Assembly: GCA_009914755.4 (NCBI GenBank)
Contig: CP068257.2
Coordinates: 38,368,001 to 38,432,000 of the forward strand
DNA length: 64,000 nucleotides
Reading direction: 5' to 3'
Source of the DNA: the human T2T-CHM13v2.0 reference genome, Homo sapiens
The notes beneath the pieces are model-generated. The model worked only from the letters and a program-made list of their open reading frames with translations. It was not told where the DNA came from and made no database searches. Below are positions 1 to 13,200 of the stretch, piece after piece (position 1 is the first letter of the stretch; every line of letters starts with the position of its first letter). The translations under genes and the position numbers were made by a program.

Positions 1-2943
1 ACTTAAAAGAAGTTGGCTCCAAAATCATCAAGTACTCTGTTTGTGGAATAAATGGAGTTTTAATGGCCTGTGGTGCCATATGAATATTCATGCTAATAGG
101 TATTTTCCATTTAGGATATTAACCACATAGTAACCAAGAATTAATTCTAATGGCTGGCCGTTGTTATAGGCAACTAATTTATGTTGATTCTTGACTAGAA
201 AAAGCAAATTGCCACATCCATTAAGGACATTAAGGGAAGCTATCTTTTTTCCTTCACCTGCACCAGCCCACAGGCAGACTCCCCCTACATCTGCTGAGCA
301 TCCAAATGTCTTCTAAATGTGTTTACCAGTTTTATTTCAACCAGTAAGTGCCCTGTTTTCCATTTGCTGTTACTCAGTTAACAAGAAAGGAACCCAATAT
401 GGAAAATTTAGATTAAGCATCAAGAGCTGAATACTTACAATCCATTTAACTAGGTCCTTTATATCAGAATGAGGCCTTGCAGAAGGCAAAAGAAATCTTG
501 TTGGTCACTGTTTTGTGCAGATCAGAATGAGTGTCCCTGACCTCAAGTATTGTAGATGTCAAAGCTGACTGGGTGAGGAGGATAGCCTTTCTTTTTGCAC
601 ACTTGGATAAGGCAAAAGTAAAGGAGTCTCAAGGAAGAAAATAATGAACCATTTATTTTCCAGTCTTTAACCAAGATCATAAGAAACTTGTTGTGATCAT
701 AAGAAACCAGCCTTCCCTCAAAATCAACATGTTAGATGTCAAGTCTCTGCTTACAGAGCCCGGCTGAAAAGAATAATTTTTCTGAGAGTTATTCATTGAG
801 GGTTCTCTGCTTATTTTCCCCTTTTCTAGCCAAGAGTTATGATCTTTAGTAAGACCACCTGGTGGCAGACCACCTACTACTACCAAACTCAAAAATATAC
901 TTTAAGTACTCTAACAGAAAAATAAAAAGGAAAAAGAGAAAAGCAAAATTCTAGGAGTTTAATGGGAAACCAGAATATCTTTGGCATGAAAATATTGGAA
1001 ATATATTTTATATACTCTAGCACAGTAACTTCCCTCCAGCTCCTTTTCCTATGTAAAATTCAGCTATGATGTAGATCAGCCTCGAGATGCCTGGCCTGCA
1101 AATGCACAACTTTGGAATCAGTACGTGCAAATTTCTCCAAAATGCTCTCGTATTTTTCAAGAGAAGATCTTTTCATATAGAACAGATCATGATTAGGACA
1201 TAATTTGTCATATTTCGATTCTATGTCATGAATTTATCTTCTTTGTCATATTCCTGGGGTGTGCATAACCGTTGCTCACTGTTTTACTCTCATGGCCCTG
1301 CTTATGGTAGGTGATCAATAAATATTTATTAAATGTGTAAGTAAATAAATGAATATGATCTTTATGTAGACCACATGCTGTTGAGCATAAAATATTCAAC
1401 AGTAATGGCTTGATCTGCTGTTACTGGAGAAGGGAAGAGGATGATTTCTGATGGTGCAATGGAGGATCGCATCCATTTTCATCTTACATCCTAGCAGGAT
1501 CTCTTTTAACCACAGGGTGTTTAAAGGACCCTACTACCATCGCCACCAATGTCAGTGGACATAGGTTCCAATGATTTCAGAGCCCATTTCATTAGAGAGC
1601 TTTGTTTTCACACCTTTCCATGTTCGATAACATAGGCAGCCTGGATTTTGTGCAACAAAGAAAAGCATTTCATAGGATTCAGTTGACAAGAACTAGAACT
1701 TAAAGCATCATTCCTTCCCTTAATTAATAGATTTAAAAAAATGCATCTATGGGCTAGGGACTCTGTTTTGTGCTGGGGACTAAAACAGGATTAAGATAGG
1801 AGTCTAGTTCTCAAGGAGGGAAGGCCTGTCATTGCTCACTGTAGTTTGAGGTGTCATGACACAGGCGCACGGACTGCATTGGGGGAATTGATCCCCAAAC
1901 TGAGATTCAGATTCAGGGCCCAAATCACGCTGTACTTAGCTGCCATGTTTGTCATTATCAGCACCATGTCTCCCTCTGTGCCATTGCTAATGCAGTAGTT
2001 CTGCAAAGAACAACTAACCCTGGATTTTCTGCAAGTTTCAATTTGGTGCTTACCAGGATGGGTCAAGGGAAAATTTCTCATGGACTGTGGTACTCGTTTC
2101 TATCACTAAATGATGCTTAGCAAGTTTGCTGATGAAAACATCTAGCGGAAAGAAGCAGACGGTGGCATGGCTTTGGAAACTCCCTACATTCCCCACAAAA
2201 ACACCAGAGCACAAAACTAAAAACCCACATACACCAACTGAGCCAGAGTAGGGACAGGTCTGAGCCCACCCCCACCTACATGTTTCTCCATACATGCCTG
2301 CTGACCATCGGACCTCCTGGCATCACCCCAGCTGGCTCATACCCGCTGACCAGACCTTGCAAGCTGTCTAAAAAAACTAAGCTAAGAAGCATTTCACCAT
2401 AAATTCCACTCAGGAGAGTTAAGTCTATTGCCCACATGTGCACAAGACCAGGAGAATGACCAATCCTTACTCTGAGCCTCATTGTAATACCTTCGCCCAG
2501 GGAGGGGCTTAGCTGCCATTTTCTAATCATGCAAAATATGTGTTAGCATGATTTCTTACTGCATCTGCACACCCTGCACTCCACCCTGCACGTGAAATGA
2601 CCCTCACCTACCTCGTGAGTTATGCATGTCACCCTTCTTAAGACACCGCAAGGCATTCCCCTGGGGTGCCAGCCAGAGGACCCTTCTTCCTGTGCTGTCT
2701 CCCAATGTATGCCCAATGTTTCAGGCAGAAGTCTTAATAAAGCTTGTCTAGGAAACTTGCTTGGCCTAGTGACAATTTCTGTTGCATGGGGGCCTAAGAA
2801 CTTGTGGTCAGTAACACAACCACCATGAAACTTAGTGAGAGGAGCCCTGCAAATCCCATCATCTAAGGGAGCAGAATCCTGGATCACCAGATGCCATCAC
2901 CCCACCTCTTCTGCACCACATCCTCATCCCACCAAGTTTGCCT

Positions 2944-2992
2944 GCCTCCCTCCCTCCCTTCCTTCCTTCTTTCCTTCCTTCCTTCCTTCCCC
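2944..2992. repeat. (TCCC/TTCC)n polypyrimidine microsatellite
   Basis: tccctccctcccttccttccttctttccttccttccttccttcc. Confidence 0.95.
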
Positions 2993-3031
2993 CTTCTGCA
3001 CCACATCCTCCCCATCTCTTAACACTAACAT

Positions 3032-3093
3032 TCCCTCCCTCCCTCCCTCCCTCCCTCCCTCCCTCCCTCCCTTCCTTCCTTCCTTCCTTCCCC
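3032..3093. repeat. (CCCT)n(CCTT)n polypyrimidine microsatellite
   Basis: ccctccctccctccctccctccctccctccctcccttccttccttccttcc. Confidence 0.95.
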
Positions 3094-3927
3094 ATTGTCC
3101 TCTGAAGCTGAGGCTGAAAGGGAGTAGGAGAAACTAGTATGTATTGGGCCACTGCTCTCTGCCCAGCAGTGGTACCCATGAAAATATCTCAAATCGGAGA
3201 ATGGGATTTTCCAGAATCTCTGTGGTTTCATCTAATTTTGTTATTTTCAATAAATTTAATTTGTTGAACTTACATAACTAAATGTTACTTTTTGTACACT
3301 TGTAAAACTTCTCATAAATAAATCCATAAACCCTAAAAATACTCTTATTTCTAAATGTGTACCATGGTTTTGGTTTGGGAAATACAGTTTTATGCAAAGG
3401 GATAAATTTAAATTGAACAGCTGGAGAAACAAGCTTGAAAAAAAATTCAGCCTCCAAATAAGACAGAAGGATTTGATGGTGAAATGTACTTCAACGAAAT
3501 TTAAAATAATTGCCTATGGGCTTTCGTTGTGGTGGTTTGTGTTCTTAAGACATTACCCAGCTGGAGTTAAAATGCCGGTGGTCCAGCGCTGTTTGCAGCT
3601 CTCTGGTGTGGGGGCTTCTTCTTCAGTTTGCTGACCCCTTCCCATCGGCCTGTGGACTGCGTGAGGCCGTCCAAATTCCCCCTTGAGTCTCCCCACTTCC
3701 CGCGGAATGTCTTCAGGGTTCATGATCTTGGACAAACATGTGCTGGAGATTTCCAACTTCATGTCTCTGGCTTTGACTAGTCTCTGGAAATCCAGCCACA
3801 TTTCCGAATATCTGCAGGACGCCTCTATGGAGATTGGAACGATTTAGCCTGGATCCATGAGCATTTAACAAAATCCGCCACGGCTGCTGGGAGCCGATAG
3901 TTCCGGGGAAGTTTTATGCAAAATTGA

Positions 3928-3957
3928 GTGTGTGTGTGTGTGTGTGTGTGTGTGTCC
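3928..3957. repeat. (GT)n dinucleotide microsatellite
   Basis: gtgtgtgtgtgtgtgtgtgtgtgtgtgt. Confidence 0.95.
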
Positions 3958-4687
3958 GTGTCCGTGTGGTGTGCATACCTATGGATGTGGGGGTGTGGGG
4001 AGGGTGTGTTTGCACAGTGCATTTTTCTGGGAAGAAAGTACATAGATTTTTTTCAGATTTTCAAAGTGTACTTTGGTGCTTCTCTTCCCCCACAGTAGCT
4101 AATGTTCTAGGAATGCTTATCTTGCGCCAGGCATCATACCAAGTGCTTTATTGGTATTGTATATTTAATAATTTCAGTCATCTTTTGAGGTATGATCTGT
4201 TCATATTTGTCATTTTGGAAATACGAAGCATAGTGAGATTGGTAAACTCCAAGGTCATAGCTAATAGACATTGGAGGGAAGGTTCAAATCCTGCCCTTGC
4301 CCCAAGGCAAGATCCTGGCTCCTAATTCAAGTTCTCCACCAGCATTGCATCACTGGGACCTACCTGTCTCCCCTACTTGGTCATGGATTTTGGTGTTTCT
4401 TTTTAAAACTCTGTCTCCCAGACATTCTCACAGCCTCTCCTCTAGTTCAACCCCCAAATATGATGTTAGTTGGCCTATGGAGGCTGACCCATCTCCAGAA
4501 TGGATTATTGTCACACTGGCCTTCCCGCCCCTTCCCTTCTTCCTCCATCCCTGCATCATCTGGGGCCCACAGGGTCTCTAAAGCATCCATGGGCTCCCAA
4601 TCTACAGTCCAGTCTGTCAGCAGGAGGTCATGTTACTCCACGGTCAGGGTCACTCTGACCTTTCCAGACACGGTTCTGAAGGGCTCT

Positions 4688-4714
4688 TCAGGAGACACCA
4701 CACATACGCACCAA

Positions 4715-4754
<40 letters not shown>

Positions 4755-5424
4755 CAAATACATCAGACACCCCCACACTACACACACACACACTCACTCA
4801 CATACAACACAAACACGCCGAACACACGCACGCCACCTCTCCACACTACACACAAATATACACACACTCACCACCCACGCAAATGTACATACACCACCAC
4901 ATCACACACACCACACACACCCACCAAACACATCAGACACCCCACATTACACACACACACTCACATACAACACAAATACACACACACCTGACACTTTCCA
5001 CACTACACACACATGCACAATCACCACCCACACAAAACACATCACACACACCACACAAACACGCACACCATACACTGTGCACACACACTCACATACCACA
5101 CAACACACCAAACCCATAGACACCAGACACCCCTCACACTACACACACACACTCACATATAACACAAACACACACCAAACACACACTCCCAGACACTCCC
5201 CCAACACCACACACACTGTGCACACACATACACTCATACCACACACCACACATACCAAACACACCCAAACACCAGACACCCCACACATATGCACACCACA
5301 CACAAATAGCACACCACACACTACACATACACTTCCACACACCACAGCCCCCTACCTTCCCACACACCCTGCTCCCCTACACCATACCCCACATCCTACC
5401 TCCCACATCCCACACCACATCCCA

Positions 5425-5470
<46 letters not shown>
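4688..5470. repeat. Degenerate CA-rich low-complexity tract (~780 bp) containing pure (CA)n runs at 4726..4751 and 5429..5466 and a ~170-bp higher-order periodicity
   Basis: A/C content near 100% on the + strand. Recurring module ccaaa[ct]acatcagacaccccaca[ct]tacacacacacactcacatacaacacaaa at ~4752, ~4921, ~5108 and ~5258. Confidence 0.9.
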
Positions 5471-5744
5471 TTGATGTCTCTGAGGCCTGGAACCTCTGCC
5501 ATGTGAGGACACAGCATTCACCCCTTCCCGAGGACACAGTGTTCAAGGCGCCATCTTAGAAGCAGAGGCCAGACCCTGACTAAGCAATGAACCTGCTGGC
5601 AGCTTGATCATGGACTTCCCACTCTCCAGAACTATACAAAATACATTTCTTTTCTTTATAAATTACATGACCTGTGGTGTTCTGTTATTGCAGCACAAAA
5701 CAGGCAAAGATAATTGTCTTCCCTGAATGAGTATAATTGTTCCC

Positions 5745-5910
5745 AAATTTCTCCTTTTTGTAAGGACACCACTCATATTGGATTAAAGTTCACCCTAAGC
5801 ACCTCACTTGAGCTTGATTACCTCTGTCAAGACTGTATCTCAAAATAAGGTCACATTCTGAGGTACTGGGAGTTAGGAAGCCAACATACCTTTTCTGGGT
5901 AGCAGGGGAT
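5745..5910 (+). mobile_element. MLT1-type MaLR LTR 3' fragment
   Basis: tgtaaggacaccactcatattggattaaagttcaccctaagcacctca...aaataaggtcacattctgaggtactgggagttaggaagccaacatacc. Confidence 0.55.
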
Positions 5911-6090
5911 GTAATTTTACCCATCACAACATTTGATCACTCTCTTGGTTTCTGTACTCATCTTAGGGTCAGCAATGAGCCCCCGAAAGGTTCTTCTTTC
6001 CACCAGCTCTTCCTTCTTCAACATGGACAATTTACATTTTCATCTGTGCTCTTATCACCCTTGGTCTCCTGTAGTTAAGAATCCTGAATC

Positions 6091-6446
<356 letters not shown>

Positions 6447-7466
6447 TCAGCTTTGAGGTCACTGCGGGGTGGTTTTGTTTTAATTAATTTATATTTTTCT
6501 TTCCAGCCAGGCTGCTGCAAGTGCTTGGCTTTCTGGAAGAGGTTTTGGGATGCTCAGATGTACACAGCAGGCCAGAATTTGGCCATGCGAATGGTCTTAG
6601 GGTTAGAGATGAAGCATGACTATTAATAACAATTATCACAGGGTGGCTGCTCAGAGTCAGTGTCATCTGCATAATCATCTTTCACCTCAGCATCTGCTCC
6701 CTTCAAATACAGGTGTGTGATTTTTAAAGAACCAAATATTCAGAATATACCTTTCTTCTCCCCCACTTCTGAGGAACTCAGATCACTTTGTTGTGAGATC
6801 TAACATGATTCCTTTGCTCTTCATAGGCACTTCATGATAAGGTGGTAATTTCATGCCTTGGGGAATTAGATGCAGTTATAGCTGTAGATGTACTTGAGTT
6901 ACTGGAATCCAGACAGGCAAAGATGATTTACTGGTAGAAGCACCACAGCTCAGCAAGGAGAAGGAAATAGGGCCAACATTTCTGACTCTTGGCTTCCAAC
7001 TTCTAACCATATTTTATCTAGGTTGATCAACTTTGAAGCACCTGTCATTGCAATTTCAGGGTATGTGCTCTAACGCATGTCTTCTGCAAAGGCTTCAAGT
7101 CATTTTGTTTGATGTGCTTTTTATTATCTATTGCATCCTGAAGCACGCGCTGGGTGCAAAACTCTGACATTTTTGGCAAACTCTGCCGTTGGCCGACCAG
7201 ATGTCAGGGATGCCCTGTGGACAGGATCCAGGTGTGTGATGGGCTCCATGGGTCTAGCTGCCCTTCATATTTCCAGATGAGTCCTGTTGCAGCCTCGAGC
7301 TGAAGATAAAACAAGGGATGCAGGGAGGGGCTCAGGAGGTTACATTTTCACTACCACTTTTGAGCTTCAGCAAAGGAGAAATGGAAATGTCAGTGAGGGC
7401 TGTTATCTTTAAAATATGTGCATTCTAAGGAGAAGAATTAAAAACAAACAAACAGAAAAACCTAAA

Positions 7467-7522
7467 ATCTATGCAACTCTGGATTTCTTTGCAACTCTGG
7501 ATTTCTTTGCAACTCTAGGTTC
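7467..7522. repeat. Tandem repeat, 18-bp unit x ~3
   Basis: tgcaactctggatttcttt tgcaactctggatttcttt tgcaactctaggtt. Confidence 0.9.
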
Positions 7523-7535
7523 CATATCACACACT

Positions 7536-7610
7536 GGGTAGCTTAAAATGGTAGCGCTTTATTCTCTCACAGTTCTGGAAGGTAGAAGTCAGAAGTCAAG
7601 GTATCAGTTA
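7536..7610 (+). mobile_element. MLT1-type MaLR LTR 5' fragment
   Basis: gggtagcttaaaatggtagcgctttattctctcacagttctggaaggtagaagtcagaagtcaaggtatcag. Confidence 0.55.
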
Positions 7611-8007
7611 GAGACATGCTTCATATTCACTTACCCACAAACTAGTGGATGACACATTTTGGCCATTTGGAAGATCTTTATTATAGGAGTATGTAGATTT
7701 TCCATAGAGTGCTGTTGTGTGATTTGAATTTTAGTTGTGGCCCTGCCTCTGACTTTGTCAGTGATTTATCCTGGTTCCAGGAAATAAGAATAGCCTTTTT
7801 CTCATGATAGTCTTTGGTAGTTTTTAAAACATTTGTTTAACTCAACAGATGCACCATGTGCCTGACACTGCTCTACACCAGTGAAGAATTTACACTGTAA
7901 TGGGGGGAGGTAACTATAAAGATGATAAACATAACATCTTAATTGGAGTGAGTATGAAGATGGTTGTTATCTTTTCCTAAAAGAAACAACAACAACAAAA
8001 CAAAAAA

Positions 8008-8375
8008 GGAAGTCAAGGTATCAAGAGGGAGATGCTACCTCTGAGACACTGGAGAGAATCCTTCATTGCCTCCTCCTCGCTTCTGGTGGTGGCCGTTAAT
8101 TCGTGGTGTTTCCTGGTTTGCAGCTGTGTCACTCTCATCTTGGTCTCCGTCTTCACATAATGTACTCCTTGTGTGTGTCTATGTGCTCAATTTTCCCTTT
8201 TCTTATAAAGACACCAGTCATTGGACTTAGGACCCACCCCAATCCAATATGACCGCATCTTAATTTGCTTACATCTGCAAACATTCTATTTTCAAATAAG
8301 GTCCCATTCACAGGTACAGGGGTTAAGGATGCCAACATATCTTTCTGGGGGACACAGTTCAACCCAGTGCATGCT
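8008..8375 (+). mobile_element. MLT1-type MaLR LTR, 3' two-thirds
   Basis: ggaagtcaaggtatcaagagggagatgctacctctgag...gtcttcacataatg...cttataaagacaccagtcattggacttaggacccacccc...ggtcccattcacaggtacaggggttaaggatgccaacatatctttctggggg. Confidence 0.65.
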
Positions 8376-10180
8376 CCATTATCATCACATGGCGGCATTT
8401 GTCTGGTTGGCTTTCAGGGGCTCTGTTATAAGAATGTAAAATCCTAGGAAATATTGAACGTTGTCTGAACTTGGGGTTTTGAGGTTGCGTCTATAGTCCT
8501 CAGATGCTTTTTTTTTTTTGATAGGGATAAAGAAGTAAAAATTGGAATGGGTTTTGGTTTCTAGGAATCAGGTGAGTTGCCTGAGAGATAGTTACATGGG
8601 GTTGATCCCCAGCCGGTTGCCATCAGAACCCGTAAACACCAGGTTCCTCCAGTCCAGACAAATCCAGACCCACAGCTCTGTTTCACATTAGTGTCATAAA
8701 AGATTTTCCTGTGCTTCTGTGTGTGGAATCAACATAGAAATTAAACAGTGCATCAAAAATCACTGACATTTTGTAATAACGTTCCTTGGCTTTCATTGGG
8801 AATTGGCAAATCTCAGAAAGAAATAATTGAGTAACTTGGGTGCTTGACTCGTGTCTATCACTCTTAGGAAGGGAGTGTCTGTGGTCCAGAATCACAGCCT
8901 AAGGAGAGCCCATCTCTCCAAGGACCCTGTCCATGCGGCTTCTCTATGTTCCTGATATTGGAGGAATAAAGGGGATAGGTCATCATCTTCCCACCATGTT
9001 AAGAAGCCATCTGTGTGGTCATTGGACTGGCAAAAAGACAAAGAGAATGTCCATTTCCATTTTTGATGCACTTGCTTCATGACCCTGAGCAGAGCCATTT
9101 GACTATTTTGGTTTTGCTTCTTTATTTGTGAAGATCATGAGAAGGAAGCTCACACCAGGAAAGCCCACCTTTGCTGTATTCCAGAAATAAATAAACGGGA
9201 CTTTTAAGGCAGGTTTTTGAGGATTTTTGTGAATGATTCTATAGGTACCTCAAACCAGCTTTCAAACATGCTCGTTAATGTTTTCAGGGTGCCAGGGCAT
9301 TATTGAGTAAATTGCAACTTTAGACATAAAAAACAAAATATGACTGAAAAAGAATTCTAAAAATCATGACAATTGTACATAAACTTAAAAAACTAGGTCA
9401 CTGGAAATTTTTGAATACTTAAGATCCGCTCCCATTCAAGGACTTTCCTTACAGTCAAATTAACTGGAATGCTTGGGTCCTGAAACCTGCTTTGTAGCAA
9501 ATGGTTTATTTTACTGGATGTTTCTTTATGTAAATATGGCTTTTTGCATATATAATATTTCTTCGTAGGGTAAATGTAGTGCTCACCAAAACAACCACTG
9601 TCTGGGAATTTTCTGTCAACTGAAATTGAGGTTGTTGTGAATTAGGGGAAATAGCTTTTATTGTCACTTTGGACTGCAGCAGGGCAAAAAAGGAAAACAA
9701 TAAGCATTGTGAATTATATGTTTTATGCTCCTATTATGAAGCTAATGATTTCCTATTTACTCTTTCTGATTCCTTGATAAGAAGCACCTGCAAAGGTATT
9801 GACAAAGCTTGAGCCATAGGTTTATGTAGAAGCCCGAAATGCTAACTTTCAGGAACGTGAACATATTCATTTCTCACAAATACAAATGAACATTGGCTTC
9901 TTGTGAAGTGTCAGTTCACTGGCAGGATGCACAGGAAACCCTGTAGTTTTATTTTTTCCAATATTTGCCCCTTCCAACTCTGCTAGGATGAACCCTTCCT
10001 TCTCCAGGCATCCTCAATGACTTTCTGCTGCAGCCCCACTTCTTTCTCAGCCCCACTGATTCTCAGCACAGTTTCATCTTGCTACTCAGGATTCAGTGCT
10101 GTTCCCCTGCAAACGTCACTGTCGAGATGGGTTCAGATCTCTTGTCTCCTGCCTACAGAGCAAGTACACCTCAGCTGTTT

Positions 10181-10240
10181 CCTCCTCATCCCCCTTATCC
10201 TTCTCCTCCTCCTCCTCCTTCTTCTCCTCCTCCCTATCTC
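10181..10240. repeat. (CTC/CCT)n trinucleotide-like polypyrimidine repeat
   Basis: cccttatccttctcctcctcctcctccttcttctcctcctcc. Confidence 0.9.
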
Positions 10241-13200
10241 TCTTCTAGGATCCTCTGAGTATAAGGTCAGGAAGTTGGCAAGAAAGTGCAAGTGCCCCCC
10301 GAGTGACTGGGTGAGATGACAGTCTGCTTTGCTGTGTATTGTGGCCTCGGTGGCTGACGCTGGCCTTTGGTGCTCTTGCTAAGCTGGAAATCCAAGGGTC
10401 CATCATTGGTGGACACCCATATGGTTCTTTGGAGACCGAATGGAGATCTCCAACTCCTTAGCTCCCACTATAGGAAGTCATGCCCTCAGTTTTTGCTTCA
10501 TGTCTAAAAGACCCCTCTTGACTGGGTATCCACATGCCAGAACAACCTTTGGTATTCATTCAATCCACAGGGAACTCCTGGATTCTTGCAACGTCTCATG
10601 AGGAGGTTCAGGCTGCTTTGGGGTGCCCAGTCTTGAAGACCTCTCACTGGTCTTCGTGGAGGAGGAGTGCTGCTTTACCCCACTTTTCCTCTACTCCGAG
10701 GAGAGCTGTGGGGAGCAGCAGACAGAGCAGTAGGGTGGGGCTAGTGGTATCTCAGGAGGGAGAGAGGCTTATGGGGGAATCTTCTGATTGGCTACAGGGA
10801 CTCATTCTTCCAAGGACCCCATGGCTTCTAACTTCCTCATCAGGCTTGAATTGAAACACACCAGCTACCTAAATTTCCTGTCCAGAGAAATCCAATAAGG
10901 CTGAAAAGACTGATGTTTTTCTCCTTTTACAGAAGAGAAAACATCCCAGCCTATGTTGCCCCTCCATTTCACATTTCTTCCTCACACACGTGGTTCTTGA
11001 GCATCTAGGTCTTTCCTCCATCATCCAAATCAGTCCTTTTAATACTGAGATAACTATGTCCTCGAAGGCTCCTATGGTTACCTTGGCCTTATCTTTCTTC
11101 CTGAATGCATAATTCAGCACTAAATTTAATCAGTTTTGTCTTATTATGTATGCGAAGTCTACTCATCTCACTTCTCTAATCAGATGATACAGTTTTAAAA
11201 GTGGGAATCATATTTTCCAGGACTTATAGTTGCCTCTTTATTGAGTAGGAAATGCTGAACATTTGATAGAGTGTTCTTTATTGAGTAGAAGATGCTCTTT
11301 ATTGAGTAGAAAATGCTGAACATTTGATTGGGAGGGGCAGCTCAAACTAGTGGTAGAAGTTTGAGTTATTCTGATCTTTCTCTGAGTCCTTCTTTATTGG
11401 GAAACTGTGATGTGCTTGAAAAGATCCATAATTGATAGATGCTCCCCTTTTCCCTTATTTAATTTTATGTACAAATGTATGACCTTGGGCAGACTCAACC
11501 AAGTGGGGGCCCCATTCACAGGCTCTGATGGAGGAGACATCCCAGTTCCACCTATTCTGAGATCCAGAACCTTAACACCGGATGGTGGGTGACCTCTCCT
11601 GTTCAGCTTCCTTCCCAGTCTCCCTAGAAGGGGCCTCTCCATGGTGCCTTACAGAGGTAACCAAGGAAAAACTTGGGAAGAATCAAAATCATGCTAGGGA
11701 AGATGTATACACAGCTGGCTAGGCAGGAGACTTTGACTATAATATGTGCTTAAGAAACCAATATTCCTATGTACCCTAGAATAGCCTGGTTCTGGTACTG
11801 AGTGCAAATCCATTTCCCCCTGAGAGTTGGGGCCACTGAAGAGACCCTGTCTCTGCCCTCTTCTTTCCACTGGTGTGGTTCTGCGGCGTCCTTTTCTTTC
11901 TGGCCATTCACTGACTGCACTGGATGGACAACCACTTGTGTTCTGGCTGATTTAAAAACGGTAAGCCAGTCTCCAGCAATTATTCCTCAAAGTACTGACT
12001 CTGAAATATAGAAAGCTGTTCATGAATTGTACTCCTAGCTTCATTTGTGCTAAGACAGAGGTCCCTTAAAGTAACTCAGAGGTGCCGTTTTCTTCCAATG
12101 TGAGTTCCGCATAAGTCTCACTGCCACTCCTGACCTCTCCTCCCCAGGAATGGTTCTTGTTTCCTCCTGGTTATTTCAGTGGCTGGGTTGGTTCTAGAAT
12201 CCATTCTGGTTTTTGAGTGGACGAAAGCAGAAACTGGAGTCAGTGAGACATGGGTTCTGACCTCCACTTGGCTGCCCATTGGAGGTATGTGACTTTGGCT
12301 GACTCACCTGCACTCGCAGTATCTTCATGATGACTTCTGCCTCTGATCTTTTTCATTTGTAGAGAGCAGAATATGGATGTTAAACTATCAAAGGTCCCGT
12401 GCTTGCAGCAGCCCAAGAATGGGGTTGAGGACACAGACTGCTGTTGCTGCCAAAGGGCTTTGTGTCCACTTATGGTGGCTTACATTTGTATAACACACCA
12501 AAAATCATGTTGCTTCAGATGCAAATATCCAAATAGTGATGCCAATGATGAGGAAGCCTGACATCTGATCATACAGTATATTTATATCTACCATGAACTG
12601 GGTTGTTTTTTATTTTACTTTTTTTTTTTTGAGAGAATGTCATAATGTTTCCATGAAGGCATTCTGGTTGACATCTATGAACTTATAATGCCCCCTCACT
12701 TGAGTCTGAGGAAGGAACAAGGATGCGGGATCCTGGCGAGCCCTCCTTAAATTCAAGAGGCCAGGAGCCCTGCCTCCGGCGAATCTGGTATGGTGTACAA
12801 AGGTAGTATCTTGAATGCAGAGGACAAAGAGGAGTGGTTAGGAGAAGAAGCAGAAGGCATGCCAGCTTTGTAAGAGATAGTAATCAACCCAAGACCCAAG
12901 ATAAACAGGAAAAAAAAAAGTAAAAATGTTTTTAAAAATTCTCATTAAGCTGAACGCATTTGGGTCAAGTAAGTCTAAGTCTTTCACAAATTGTTCATTT
13001 GGGCCTAAACCCAAGAGCACCCTTTGGCTGAAAATATCAACTTGAAGAGTTACTTGAAAATTATGAAACATTAGCAGTGAAACTTAATTAAAAATAGCCA
13101 TTGCTTACCATGTGAGAGGACTTCCTGCTTAATGGGGACACGGTAGAGGATGTTTAAATTGTTTACAGCATAAAATTTGCTTTCATCCTAATGAGAAAAC

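Noticed and set aside
2520-2830. Possible solo ERV LTR (contains ...gtcttaataaagcttgtctagg, poly(A)-signal-like, with TG...CA-like ends)
   Set aside because: I cannot match it to a specific LTR family from memory and found no flanking TSD. It is left unannotated.
2859-3231. Gly/Arg/Glu-rich ORFs (106 aa and 68 aa) and the Pro/Ser/Leu-rich ORF 2835..3137
   Set aside because: They are read straight through the (TCCC/TTCC)n microsatellite and are not coding.
4271-5559. 282-aa and 309-aa His/Thr/Pro-rich ORFs
   Set aside because: They are translation artefacts of the CA-rich low-complexity tract (codons CAC/ACA/CCA). There is no start context, no splice signals and no composition typical of coding sequence.
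10017-10319. 100-aa ORF with a poly-Leu run
   Set aside because: The Leu run is the (CTC)n repeat at 10181..10240. The surrounding sequence has no exon signals.
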